DNA of 64,000 nucleotides. Source: a virus. Taxonomy: Duplodnaviria > Caudoviricetes. Shown one piece after another: positions 57,017 to 64,000 of the stretch (within the stretch, counting starts at the first letter, position 1; the number at the start of each line of letters is the position of its first letter). Made by a program: the position numbers and the translations under genes. The notes under the pieces were generated by a model, which saw nothing but the letters and a program-made list of their open reading frames with translations, ran no database searches and was not told where the DNA came from. Location of the stretch: the IMG/VR virus record IMGVR_UViG_3300032227_000993, one strand, 5' to 3'.

Positions 57017-57315
57017 AGGTTACCTAAGATTTTATCTGTTTCTGGTTGAACAAGAGCGGCTACACTTTTAATATCTACCACAAAGTCTACATCCTTGATA
57101 TCAGCATCTAGTTCTTGGAAAGTTCTAGTTACCAACTGTTCAATTTCATCCAAGGCAAGACCTTGTCTAACTAATGTATGAATATTAATAGTGCGTTGCT
57201 TGCCACCACTTAGTTTTAAAATAATTTTTTTAATACATTCCAGGGGAACATCGGTTTTGTTTACTTCATTAATGATTAGTTCCCACTGGTCAAGCGGATC
57301 AGTTGGTAGCATCAC
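57013..57315 (-). CDS. Hypothetical protein
   Basis: 100-aa ORF with coupled overlaps on both sides. Confidence 0.65.
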   Translation of the reverse strand: MMLPTDPLDQWELIINEVNKTDVPLECIKKIILKLSGGKQRTINIHTLVRQGLALDEIEQLVTRTFQELDADIKDVDFVVDIKSVAALVQPETDKILGNL

Positions 57316-58051
57316 TCACCTGTGCCGAAGCTTTTGGTGGACGACCTTTTTTCTTTGGAGCTTCGGCTACTGGTGGAGTCCAAGTAGCTTCGCCAAGATT
57401 AACGCCTGGAGTCATACGCTCGGCATCTTTCTTCATACGAGCAGCTTCGGAAATCATAGCAGTAGCTTCTTGTTCCATGCGTTTAGCTTGAGCTAACATA
57501 TTGGCAGCAATTTGGCGATCACTTAATACACCGTCTTGTGGAGCAATAAGTTTTTCACCTTCTGTAAAGCGAGATTCAGCAGATTGCTGTTTGGCAAGTT
57601 GTTCTTCTTTGTACTTGGCTTCAGCAGCACGTTTAACAGCAGGATCAACCATGCCACGTGATGCTTCGTTCTCTTCCATTTTTTTACGAGCTTCTTCGCC
57701 TTGATTCATCTCGTTAACTAACTTGTTAAGTTCATCTAAACGAACACTGGCGTTGGTGGATGGAGTCATGATAACGTCAGATGTACGGATCTTCTTAATC
57801 ATGCGCTCATTGTGTAATGTTTCAAGAATAGGACGACCGTCTGGTAAGAAAGAACGATGCAACGCATCGGCTAATTGATTGGCTTGTTGCCCAACTTCAC
57901 TTTCTACCACCTTTTGAATTGCATCTTGCCAAGCGGCATTTAATACTTCAGGATAAATGACCAAGCACATATGAGTGTCGCCTGGAACTTCGCGATACAA
58001 TACCAGTACCTTTCGGTCATTATTTTTACCTACGTGTTTAATCTGTGCCAT
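57299..58051 (-). CDS. Hypothetical protein with a coiled-coil region and basic KKKGRPPK tail
   Basis: ATG at 58051 with AAGGAGG RBS (track start 58111). Confidence 0.7.
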   Translation of the reverse strand: MAQIKHVGKNNDRKVLVLYREVPGDTHMCLVIYPEVLNAAWQDAIQKVVESEVGQQANQLADALHRSFLPDGRPILETLHNERMIKKIRTSDVIMTPSTNASVRLDELNKLVNEMNQGEEARKKMEENEASRGMVDPAVKRAAEAKYKEEQLAKQQSAESRFTEGEKLIAPQDGVLSDRQIAANMLAQAKRMEQEATAMISEAARMKKDAERMTPGVNLGEATWTPPVAEAPKKKGRPPKASAQVSDATN

Positions 58052-58052
58052 G

Positions 58053-58289
58053 TTAACCTCCTTGTGTTGAGTCAACCGGGGCACCTGTTGACTCATTTGA
58101 TTCTGTATCACCTTCTGCTTCGGCGGCAGCCTGTGCCGTTACAGCATTAAGGAAGATTGTGAGCTTGTCGTAGACAGCACCAATCTGGGCCAATTCAGCA
58201 CCGCGGAATGCTCCACGTTGTGCCGCAAGATCAACGATGGCCTGGAGGGCACCAAGATCTGCTACTGTGATTTGAGTTGTATTTTCCAT
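58053..58289 (-). CDS. Small hypothetical protein, probably late-expressed
   Basis: 78 aa; two TAAATA boxes directly upstream. Confidence 0.65.
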   Translation of the reverse strand: MENTTQITVADLGALQAIVDLAAQRGAFRGAELAQIGAVYDKLTIFLNAVTAQAAAEAEGDTESNESTGAPVDSTQGG

Positions 58290-58294
58290 GTAGA

Positions 58295-58309
58295 TATTTA
58301 AGCTATTTA
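58295..58309 (-). promoter_or_regulatory. Tandem TAAATA late-promoter boxes
   Basis: Plus-strand TATTTA at 58295-58300 and 58304-58309, between a terminator and the ATG at 58289. Confidence 0.5.
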
Positions 58310-58317
58310 CATGGACT

Positions 58318-58350
58318 CAAAAAATAAAATACCCCATTTAAGGGGTATTT
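58318..58350 (-). terminator. Rho-independent terminator
   Basis: Minus strand reads AAATACCCC-TTAAAT-GGGGTATTT followed by TATTTTTT. Confidence 0.8.
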
Positions 58351-58368
58351 CGGTAAAACTGAGTTGGT

Positions 58369-58536
58369 TTATCTAGGGGATAGTGCTACGTTTAACGCAA
58401 TCAATGCTCCAACAATAACAGCGTTAATGTAATCGCCGCGACTTAAACTAGTAAAGAAGCTCAGTGTTAGCCAACCGGTAACGAACCAGCTGATTTTTTC
58501 TTGATTCTTAAAATACCACAATTTGATACTGTTCAT
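58369..58536 (-). CDS. 55-aa membrane protein (not in the ORF track)
   Basis: AGGAG RBS; MNSIKLWYFKNQEKISWFVTGWLTLSFFTSLSRGDYINAVIVGALIALNVALSPR; two hydrophobic segments. Confidence 0.7.
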   Translation of the reverse strand: MNSIKLWYFKNQEKISWFVTGWLTLSFFTSLSRGDYINAVIVGALIALNVALSPR

Positions 58537-58545
58537 AATTTTCTC

Positions 58546-58614
58546 CTATTCAGATGTATCTACTGCGACTATCAGTGCTACCAATACAACAATAACTATT
58601 GCGACGGACATCAT
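58546..58614 (-). CDS. 22-aa single-TM microprotein (not in the ORF track)
   Basis: MMSVAIVIVVLVALIVAVDTSE; ATG overlaps the TAA of the VWA gene (TAATG). Confidence 0.45.
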   Translation of the reverse strand: MMSVAIVIVVLVALIVAVDTSE

Positions 58615-59891
58615 TAGTGACTCTTTTCTTCTTCGTAATAAGCATACTGACCAAATGGTGGAACAATGCTGGTACTGCCGTGAATTACAAACACAGTATC
58701 GCAATAGTTCTCATCGCCCCAAGAACCATATGGATATCCGTCAGTTAAGATAATCAATCGTTTAGGTTCAATCTCTTGTTCTTTAAGATATTCATAGATA
58801 CAATCAAAGTCAGTGCCGCCTCCGCCTTTACATTCGTAGTCAGTAATATTCTCTAAATTTTCTGAATTGTACTGTTGTGGATTATGAACGGCTGTGTCAA
58901 ATGTAGCCAAGTGAATGCGATATGACTCAAACTGTTCCATAATACCAGCTGTTTCACCCAAAAAGTCCTTGAGCATTACACCATCGATAGAACCTGACGC
59001 ATCGATAAGTAATGCGATGTCAATAAGTTCGTCGGGCTTGCGTCCTGGCATAACAGCATCCATATCCCAACCCTTACGACTGCTACGCATCCAGGTAAAA
59101 TCACTCTTAATAGTACTTTCTAATTGCATACGGAGTAACTCACGCCAGTTCATCTTGGGAGCAGTTAAATCTTGAATAATACGCTTGACGCCTGCTGGTA
59201 AATTACCAGCACCATCACTGGCTGCCGCGGCCGCTAGTAATGCTTCTTTGATCTCGTCCTTGATAGCATCTTTTTCGGCTTGTGATAACTTGGGACGACC
59301 GTTACCATCTTCGCCGTCACCGCCGCCCTCACCTGTTTCGTCACCATCCATGTGATCGTCAAGTAACTGCTCAATTAGTTTCTGTACATCAATTTTTTCA
59401 GCATTTTCGTAAAGAATATCGTAAATCTCTTCTGAACTCTTACCATCATACTTAGAATCGTACAAACACGGTACTGTGGTAATCTTTTCACCTACACGAT
59501 GTTTAATCAAGTCAGAGTTAACGCAATAATCTGCGGCACAGTTGTACAATTGAGCGTCTCGATCGCCGCGACGACCAAAGTGATCATACACACAATGTAA
59601 TACTTCGTGACCAAACAAGAATTCAATTTCTTTTGGGCGTAGTTTATCTACAAATCGACTATTGTAGTAGAAGTTACGACCATCTGTGCCTGCGGTAGTA
59701 CACCATTCGTCAGCATTGACCAATTTTAATCGTGTAGCAAGATTACCAAAGAAACTTGCACGGAGTAATAAACCTACACGAGCTGTAATCAGTTTTTCTC
59801 GTACTTCGCGGTCTAACTTAGGATCCATTGGGCCCAGTAATTCTTTGCCTGTAGCGCCTTTAGTATCTGCTGTAGTGCCTTTTGCTGACAT
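58614..59891 (-). CDS. HExxH metallopeptidase-like plus VWA-like (MIDAS) protein, DUF2201 type
   Basis: GHEVLH motif, acidic linker, LIDASGS MIDAS motif, GGGTDF, ILTDG. ATG at 59891 has AGGAG (track start 59960). Confidence 0.85.
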   Translation of the reverse strand: MSAKGTTADTKGATGKELLGPMDPKLDREVREKLITARVGLLLRASFFGNLATRLKLVNADEWCTTAGTDGRNFYYNSRFVDKLRPKEIEFLFGHEVLHCVYDHFGRRGDRDAQLYNCAADYCVNSDLIKHRVGEKITTVPCLYDSKYDGKSSEEIYDILYENAEKIDVQKLIEQLLDDHMDGDETGEGGGDGEDGNGRPKLSQAEKDAIKDEIKEALLAAAAASDGAGNLPAGVKRIIQDLTAPKMNWRELLRMQLESTIKSDFTWMRSSRKGWDMDAVMPGRKPDELIDIALLIDASGSIDGVMLKDFLGETAGIMEQFESYRIHLATFDTAVHNPQQYNSENLENITDYECKGGGGTDFDCIYEYLKEQEIEPKRLIILTDGYPYGSWGDENYCDTVFVIHGSTSIVPPFGQYAYYEEEKSH

Positions 59892-59924
59892 ATTTAACGA
59901 CTCCTGTAGTTTCATTATACTACT

Positions 59925-59953
59925 ATTATAGCAGATGTTGATTTTACTGTCAA
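59925..59953 (-). promoter_or_regulatory. Consensus sigma70 early promoter
   Basis: TTGACA-17 nt-TATAAT with a TGn extension; the -35 box overlaps the TGA of the upstream ORF. Confidence 0.85.
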
Positions 59954-60222
59954 CCACCAAATTTCAGCTTGAAAAAGGTCATTTCCGCGTCGGATTTAAG
60001 GTAGATACGCTTGTTACCGTGCTCGGTGTCCCAAGCCCATAGCTGTGGCGTTTCTGACCATCCCAGTTCCGAACTAGGCCCAAATGTAGTCCAACACCAG
60101 ATCCTTAGTTCGGTCAACAAGCGCCTAGACTCTATGTAATCTCGAGGAGTAGGACTAATAGAATACTTAAACTCTGTATGACCGTTGTGCCTGCGATCTA
60201 ATTTAGTAACAAGGTATTTCAT
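59950..60222 (-). CDS. Small protein, FxL[KR][WYF] family
   Basis: Ends IYLKSDAEMTFFKLKFGG. Confidence 0.7.
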   Translation of the reverse strand: MKYLVTKLDRRHNGHTEFKYSISPTPRDYIESRRLLTELRIWCWTTFGPSSELGWSETPQLWAWDTEHGNKRIYLKSDAEMTFFKLKFGG

Positions 60223-60223
60223 A

Positions 60224-60535
60224 TCAGCCCAAGTATTTTAACACAAAAAAACTCTGCGATGCTTCGTCCCAGAAATCAAGATGTACTTGTTCTTTGTAGT
60301 AAAATCTACCTCGGAGCTCGTCGTGTGCGTCATCGGTGTAGTCCCACGGTACTAGGCCTTTGTGCCGTCTTACTGTGACTCCCAGTTCGCGACGCATTTT
60401 CCATGAAAGCAACATACTATGACCATGCTCCTTGATAATCTTTGAAGAAATCTCTTCCCATTCGTCAGGCTCATGAAAAATAATCAAGTTGCGTTTAATT
60501 TCAATCTTCACGAGGTAATCCTTTGACCGCATCAA
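60224..60535 (-). CDS. Small protein, FxL[KR][WYF] family
   Basis: Ends LDFWDEASQSFFVLKYLG. Confidence 0.7.
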   Translation of the reverse strand: MMRSKDYLVKIEIKRNLIIFHEPDEWEEISSKIIKEHGHSMLLSWKMRRELGVTVRRHKGLVPWDYTDDAHDELRGRFYYKEQVHLDFWDEASQSFFVLKYLG

Positions 60536-60719
60536 TAGCTTGTCTAGCGTATTTACTAATTTTACCGCCTTGATCCATGCGCTCGATATCTTCCAAGGCA
60601 GTCATCATAATTTCTGCTTCTTCGGCCATCTTGTACACACGATTGCGCAGATTGCTAGAATCAATCCACGATCCTATGGCACTGACTAACCTAGCAACAA
60701 GATATGACCAATCAATCAT
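60501..60719 (-). CDS. Small helical hypothetical protein (not of the FxLxW family)
   Basis: 72-aa ORF overlapping both neighbours. Confidence 0.6.
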   Translation of the reverse strand: MIDWSYLVARLVSAIGSWIDSSNLRNRVYKMAEEAEIMMTALEDIERMDQGGKISKYARQAIDAVKGLPRED

Positions 60720-60978
60720 TAGTAAACTTTAATAAAAATATTGTGTACTTTTGTTCATCAACAATCTCATTGGCTAACTGTAGATCGCCATCGGGTGTAA
60801 AAGTCAATTTAAGTCCATACTCTGATTGTAGCCATACATAAAAACTTTCTGTAGTTGTTAACTGATCGTATTCACTTTTGGCTCGTGAAACCTTGACCCA
60901 AGTAGTGCCAGCATCGCCAATGATGGTGTCTAGTCTGGCGGCATTATTGGCGTAGTAGTTTTTACTCATACGGCCCAC
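60712..60978 (-). CDS. Small protein, FxL[KR][WYF] family
   Basis: Ends IVDEQKYTIFLLKFTND. Confidence 0.7.
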   Translation of the reverse strand: MGRMSKNYYANNAARLDTIIGDAGTTWVKVSRAKSEYDQLTTTESFYVWLQSEYGLKLTFTPDGDLQLANEIVDEQKYTIFLLKFTND

Positions 60979-61190
60979 CTTAATCTGTAAAAACTTTCTA
61001 ACGATTCGTTAGTAAATGTAATCTCAACACAGGGCTGGGTATGGGTGCTATCATCCCAACCGTCATACTCGCTGGGCATATATGACCAACGAAAATCTTG
61101 GTCAACTACCAGTCCTTCACTACGAAGTGTGTCTAAATAACTCATAGCGTCGGCAGCGTTTTTGACAGGAACAATTAACACTAGCCCCAC
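60966..61190 (-). CDS. Small protein, FxL[KR][WYF] family
   Basis: Ends ITFTNESLESFYRLRWAV. Confidence 0.7.
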   Translation of the reverse strand: MGLVLIVPVKNAADAMSYLDTLRSEGLVVDQDFRWSYMPSEYDGWDDSTHTQPCVEITFTNESLESFYRLRWAV

Positions 61191-61417
61191 CTCAACATAA
61201 ACCAGGTGTAATCTTCATCGCGATCAAATATGTAATATACCGTATCAAACTTTCCTCGCGGACTAGCAGGATCAACTCTACATCGAAACTCTTTGCGCCA
61301 ACGCTGACCATAATGCCGTGGATTTTCTAAATGTTCAACCGGTAGTGTACGCCTGGCATTCCAATACGCACGATTAAACCGATCATCTAACACATTGACT
61401 CTAATCATGGTCCCCAT
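61181..61417 (-). CDS. Small protein, FxL[KR][WYF] family
   Basis: Ends YIFDRDEDYTWFMLRWG. Confidence 0.7.
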   Translation of the reverse strand: MGTMIRVNVLDDRFNRAYWNARRTLPVEHLENPRHYGQRWRKEFRCRVDPASPRGKFDTVYYIFDRDEDYTWFMLRWG

Positions 61418-61632
61418 CGCAACAAAAACATCATGCGTTCTTGTTCCTTTTCAAAGTTTAGCATCATACCAAACTGATGATGTATGCCACGAGGTAAGTT
61501 GGTTGCCATCCACTCTTGTATTTCATACTCGTTGGCTTGCCAATAATCCTGATCTAAAATGATTAAACTTGGCTGGAACTGACCGTTCTGTACTTCAAAG
61601 CGACGAGTTAAAAAGTTACCAGGCGTTGTCAT
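61405..61632 (-). CDS. Small protein, FxL[KR][WYF] family
   Basis: Ends LNFEKEQERMMFLLRWGP. Confidence 0.7.
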   Translation of the reverse strand: MTTPGNFLTRRFEVQNGQFQPSLIILDQDYWQANEYEIQEWMATNLPRGIHHQFGMMLNFEKEQERMMFLLRWGP

Positions 61633-61903
61633 ATGCTCTTATTAAGTTCTTGGCCTTGAGTTTGACCATGGTAAACTCCTTGGGGCAAACACGGAATCTG
61701 TGCGCTTCCCAGGTAGGTTTAACCAAGTAAACACCATTGGCATTTTCCAGCCAAACCCTAGTGCTATTAGCAACATATTCATCGTGTACCTTAAAATCCA
61801 TCCAGCCACCTTCGGCCGGACTACAGTTAGGCATGACCCACAGTTGCCACTGCTGTTGTTTGTACTTGTTGGTTCTTGTATCTAGTTCGTAGTAGTAGTT
61901 CAT
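61616..61903 (-). CDS. Small hypothetical protein (possible diverged family member)
   Basis: 95 aa; KEFTMVKLKA is only a partial match to the motif. Confidence 0.6.
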   Translation of the reverse strand: MNYYYELDTRTNKYKQQQWQLWVMPNCSPAEGGWMDFKVHDEYVANSTRVWLENANGVYLVKPTWEAHRFRVCPKEFTMVKLKAKNLIRAYDNAW

Positions 61904-62163
61904 GCTAGAGCGGCCTCTGTTCCGTATTTTAACTTAAACCAATTCAATTGTTCATCGTCCTTTAAGTAAATCATGTACTGCTGATAGATGATGTAAAATG
62001 CCCAGTTCTCATTACTTATGGGCTCGTCACGAGAGACATCTGCGCCCGGTCCCCAGGTTACTGTACACCACCGACGCACCGCATGGAACTCCAGCATACG
62101 ATTAACCTGTATGCCGTACTCAAAGTACCTGTTCTCTCGAGTGTTGTGTAGGTAGTATTTCAT
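61900..62163 (-). CDS. Small protein, FxL[KR][WYF] family
   Basis: Ends IYLKDDEQLNWFKLKYGT...; shares WC..T.GP with the 59950 ORF. Confidence 0.7.
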   Translation of the reverse strand: MKYYLHNTRENRYFEYGIQVNRMLEFHAVRRWCTVTWGPGADVSRDEPISNENWAFYIIYQQYMIYLKDDEQLNWFKLKYGTEAALA

Positions 62164-62169
62164 AAAAGG

Positions 62170-62220
62170 TTGGAGGGCGGTGCGAACACAGCCCTGTGTT
62201 TTTTAGACACCACCCCCCAA
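62170..62220 (-). other. Structured RNA element (long hairpin with an inner stem) between MoxR and the microprotein array
   Basis: Outer 13-bp stem UUGGGGGGUGGUG/CACCGCCCUCCAA (two G-U pairs, valid only on the minus strand) enclosing AACACAG/CUGUGUU. Confidence 0.6.
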
Positions 62221-62224
62221 TGAC

Positions 62225-63310
62225 TTAGGCGCTTGCTTGCAAAATGTACTTGCCATACTTCTTATGGAACTCATCAAAGTTCTTGAGTTTAGTAGGCTGG
62301 AACGGTAAGTTGTATGTAGTAAGAGCAATTCTAGCACCCATAACAACCAACTCTGTTTCAAAGTTCTTCATCATGTAAGCAAAGAAGTTGTCGGCCATTT
62401 TATGAAAGTCAGCATCTTTAACTTTATTTTCAATAGCACCTTTGAGTTCATAGCACATAGAGATAACCAAACTGTACATGGCTGATACTTCTTTGACTTC
62501 GAGAGTATCTACTTTACCTGACAATATCTCTTCTGGTTTAGGCATACGTCCTGCTACCTTGCGGTGAGCCATGAATTTAACAGCCAACCCTTCGCCTACA
62601 GTACCAGCAATCAAATTCATTACAGTATCATCATCGCTGTCTTCGTCAGATAAGATTTCTGATACAAAAGACCAAGAGCGTGGAGTAGCAAAGGCACGAC
62701 TAGCCGATTTGGGATCAAAGTCGTACAAGTCCTGCTTGGCAAAACTCAAATAACCCACAACATCTTTATGGATGTTTTTGTTTACTGCCCAGTCTTGCCA
62801 TGACGCAAAATCACATTTCATTTCTTGATGGATAAAGCGATTGGCCAACGGAGTAGGCATACGATATGTAACACCCTTGTCTGACTCGCGATTACCAGCA
62901 GCAACAATTACTACATTTTTTGGCAACTTGTACTTGCCAATTCTGCGATTCAAAATAAGTTGATATGCAGCCGATTGAACAGAAGGAGCTGACGAGTTCA
63001 TCTCATCTAAGAATAATACCACAATAGGATACTGAGCAGAAAACTCTTCGTCCGGCAAATCAATTGGCTCTGCCCAATCCATCTTGCCTAATTCTTTATT
63101 GTAAAACGGAATACCACGAATGTCTGTGGGTTCCATTTGACCTAGTCGTAAGTCAATCATAGCACCGCCAAGTTCGTTGGTAATATCTTCTACCAGTTCT
63201 GACTTACCGATACCAGGAGGGCCCCATAAAAATAATGGACGCTGATGTTTAAATGCTTTTAAAATTGAACGACGGGCTTGAACCGAAGTAATTTGTCTTG
63301 TTTCTGACAT
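62225..63310 (-). CDS. MoxR-like / AAA_5 AAA+ ATPase
   Basis: Walker A GPPGIGKS, Walker B LFLDE, AAGNR, PLANRF, ATPRSW. Confidence 0.9.
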   Translation of the reverse strand: MSETRQITSVQARRSILKAFKHQRPLFLWGPPGIGKSELVEDITNELGGAMIDLRLGQMEPTDIRGIPFYNKELGKMDWAEPIDLPDEEFSAQYPIVVLFLDEMNSSAPSVQSAAYQLILNRRIGKYKLPKNVVIVAAGNRESDKGVTYRMPTPLANRFIHQEMKCDFASWQDWAVNKNIHKDVVGYLSFAKQDLYDFDPKSASRAFATPRSWSFVSEILSDEDSDDDTVMNLIAGTVGEGLAVKFMAHRKVAGRMPKPEEILSGKVDTLEVKEVSAMYSLVISMCYELKGAIENKVKDADFHKMADNFFAYMMKNFETELVVMGARIALTTYNLPFQPTKLKNFDEFHKKYGKYILQASA

Positions 63311-63366
63311 GGGCTGTGTTTCCTTTTAAAGTTGTACTACTAGTTAAAATTTCTTACTGTACGACT

Positions 63367-63395
63367 ATTTTACTATTAATTGAGTTTATTGTCAA
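63367..63395 (-). promoter_or_regulatory. Sigma70 early promoter for the MoxR operon
   Basis: TTGACA-17 nt-TAAAAT. Confidence 0.75.
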
Positions 63396-63561
63396 CCTTG
63401 GCTTCGTTCATAAACACTTCCAAAGCAAGCCGTTCACGAACCGAAAGTTGTTGATAATACTTGACCATGTATTCGATGCCCGTAAGTTCATCAACTTGAT
63501 TGGCTTTGGCGAAATCTTGTATGTAAAGATACGCTTCTTGGATATTCATGGTCTTAAGCAT
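63376..63561 (-). CDS. Small hypothetical protein (61 aa), probably leaderless
   Basis: ATG at 63561 lies 6 nt after a perfect -10 box. Confidence 0.65.
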   Translation of the reverse strand: MLKTMNIQEAYLYIQDFAKANQVDELTGIEYMVKYYQQLSVRERLALEVFMNEAKVDNKLN

Positions 63562-63567
63562 AGTACT

Positions 63568-63596
63568 ATTATAGCTTAAATGGATTTTATTGTCAA
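63568..63596 (-). promoter_or_regulatory. Consensus sigma70 early promoter
   Basis: TTGACA-17 nt-TATAAT. Confidence 0.85.
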
Positions 63597-63600
63597 CCGA

Positions 63601-63981
63601 TTATTTTATCAGGTGTAGTTTGCTAAAACAAGCAGGTAATTGCCAGTTAGGGCCATCTTTTTTAATGTAGTTTATTTTGCCTGCTCGTGAAAACATTTCA
63701 AATACAATAGTGCTGTATTCGTCAACCAAGCGCCGCCATTTTTGTACAGCCGGTGAATCCTTATGATTTTGCCACCAATGTTCTTCTTCATACCAAAAGA
63801 AGAATTTGGTTTTTTTAACTTGCCACAGGTTTTTATCATGTGAAGGATACAACAATGTTTTTACAATTTCATCGTATGCTCCTGAGCCCCAAGCAGCACT
63901 TCTGTGTGGAAACTCAAGTAAATTTTTGTATTGTGGGTTGGCTTCAAACCAACGAATTAAAATATGAGCCTGTTTACGCAA
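63601..63981 (-). CDS. Hypothetical protein
   Basis: 126-aa ORF at the right edge; start uncertain. Confidence 0.55.
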   Translation of the reverse strand: MRKQAHILIRWFEANPQYKNLLEFPHRSAAWGSGAYDEIVKTLLYPSHDKNLWQVKKTKFFFWYEEEHWWQNHKDSPAVQKWRRLVDEYSTIVFEMFSRAGKINYIKKDGPNWQLPACFSKLHLIK

Positions 63982-64000
63982 AATCTTTTCTGCTGCTGGA

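Noticed and set aside
57299-57345. AT-hook DNA-binding motif (KKKGRPPK)
   Set aside because: Single copy lacking the canonical Arg before GRP; too weak to call.
62170-62220. tRNA or tRNA fragment
   Set aside because: Only 51 nt, no cloverleaf, no TTC T-loop and no CCA end; kept as a generic hairpin.
1-64000. CRISPR array, rRNA, integrase or transposase
   Set aside because: No regularly spaced repeats with unique spacers, no long non-coding tracts and no recombinase or DDE motifs seen.
1-64000. Eukaryotic giant virus or bacterial contractile injection system origin
   Set aside because: gp55-, gp47-, gp25-, gp6- and gp53-like genes, ThyX, sigma70 and TAAATA promoters and overlapped operons together indicate a T4-related phage.

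Overview
This window is a gene-dense fragment of a large T4-related, contractile-tailed bacteriophage (standard code 11, roughly 40% GC by eye). It has no tRNA, rRNA, CRISPR array or transposase. Left to right: (i) on the minus strand, a gp55-like late sigma factor and a gp47/Mre11-like nuclease; (ii) a plus-strand baseplate/tail module (3.3-34.7 kb) with tube-initiator-like, gp53-, hub-, gp5-, lysozyme-, gp25- and gp6-like genes, a 4922-aa giant virion protein, a six-Ig-domain protein and fibre-like genes, several preceded by TAAATA late-promoter boxes; (iii) a ~21-kb modification cluster (34.8-55.9 kb) with seven radical SAM enzymes that carry their SPASM/twitch-like Cys domain at the N-terminus, several glycosyltransferase-like genes, a NodU/TobZ carbamoyltransferase, a DegT-family aminotransferase and an NAD-dependent epimerase; (iv) a minus-strand early region with ThyX and a VWA/HExxH protein plus MoxR-like AAA+ ATPase pair, which flank an array of small paralogues sharing a C-terminal F-x-L-[KR]-[WYF] motif. 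The four most notable observations are the radical SAM and glyco-tailoring system, an Ig cassette that appears to split the last domain of the giant baseplate protein between 11-bp in-frame direct repeats, the FxL[KR]W microprotein array, and two divergent genes sharing one CATG. All functional calls come from motif recognition by eye; no searches were run.
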